Positions 63,331-64,000 of a stretch of 64,000 nucleotides of DNA are shown in pieces. This DNA comes from Mobula hypostoma (lineage: Eukaryota). The stretch lies in assembly GCF_963921235.1 (NCBI RefSeq), contig NC_086104.1, positions 4,526,001 through 4,590,000 on the forward strand, read 5' to 3'. Position 1 is the first letter of the stretch, and the number at the start of each line of letters is the position of its first letter. The notes below the pieces were generated by a model. It had not been told where the DNA came from. It was given only the letters and a program-made list of their open reading frames with translations, and made no database searches. The position numbers and the translations under genes are program-made.

Positions 63331-63671
63331 TGGTTACGATGAGCTGGGTGCGGTTCCCGTCGATGTCTCCCCACACTCTGCAGTAATAGACGGCAGAATC
63401 ACTGTGTACCATGTCTGTGACTGTCAGGGTGAAGCTGCTGTTGGACGTGTCTCTGTAGGACTGGAACCTCCCAGAGAAACCCCGTCCCCTCTCTGATCTG
63501 CCTCCTGCCCTGTGTGTTAAAACCCACTCCATGTCCTGCCCAGGTAGTTTCCGATACCAGTGGACGTCAGTGTCTTCCAGCCTGGCTTTGCTCATGGTAC
63601 ACCATAACCACGCCGTGTGACGCTCAGTGACACGCTGTATGCTCGGGGACTGGATAAGGACAATATCGTCA
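63331..63671 (-). CDS. Germline-joined V-J immunoglobulin V-set exon of the receptor
   Basis: DDIVLIQSPSIQRVTERHTAWLWCTMSKARLEDTDVHWYRKLPGQDMEWVL..GFSGRFQSYRDTSNSSFTLTVTDMVHSDSAVYYCRVWGDIDGNRTQLIVT, open throughout; donor GTGAGT at 63330; 5' acceptor uncertain (TAA at 63674-63676 in frame). Confidence 0.9.
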
Positions 63672-64000
63672 CTTTAAACCGAGCTTGAGGGGTGGTTGGA
63701 TGGAGTTGCTGTGTGGATAACAGTGCTACTGAGACACAGAGGTGGTGAGATCAAGCCTTGTCTGCAGAATTCCTCTGAAAACCGAGGGTAGGAGCCAAAT
63801 CTCCACTGTGCCCCCTTGTCAAAGCTGGCAAGGTCTCGCAGCACTTCTGAAAGCCACTGGCAGTCAGGAGTTGTTGAAAATGATTAACATTCAAAACACA
63901 ACTCAACAAAGCTGAAAACATTTCTAAAATTATAGAAGTGCTTAAAGTTAGAACATCACTTAAAACTTAGAAGTTGTGTGCAGTTTTGGTCTCCAAATTT

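Noticed and set aside
63400-63406. CACAGTG heptamer (minus strand) inside V framework 3
   Set aside because: No nonamer at 12 or 23 bp spacing; it is coding sequence (VHSD). Not an RSS.
63804-63810. CACTGTG heptamer upstream of the V exon
   Set aside because: No GGTTTTTGT-like nonamer at 12 or 23 bp.

Overview
Eukaryotic, repeat-saturated DNA with no prokaryotic features. The mix of CR1, Rex1/Babar, RTE, Penelope and Gypsy elements plus tRNA-SINEs suggests a cartilaginous fish, probably a ray (inference). Most of the window is nested retroelements. The few unique islands carry an immune-receptor locus. (i) A minus-strand gene (59205-63671) has a germline-joined V-J immunoglobulin exon, an uncharged TM exon, a YENV exon and two small exons that splice into a complete ITAM (YMAL-x7-YSHL); all four internal junctions are GT-AG and phase-compatible. 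(ii) A paralogous V-J pseudo-exon on the plus strand (50194-50562) faces it. (iii) An orphan signal-peptide exon has a PU.1-type site upstream (8.4-8.6 kb). (iv) A duplicated ISRE/ETS module lies at 38.9-39.1 kb. A second system is a family of miniature non-autonomous LTR elements (0.7-1.3 kb LTRs, 160-172 bp internal region). Their primer-binding site is complementary to their own predicted transcript 5' end, with compensatory changes between copies, which points to Tf1/sushi-type self-priming. One copy is a three-LTR tandem array inserted as a single unit. Repeat boundaries were read by eye and are approximate unless junction sequence is quoted. No database searches were run.
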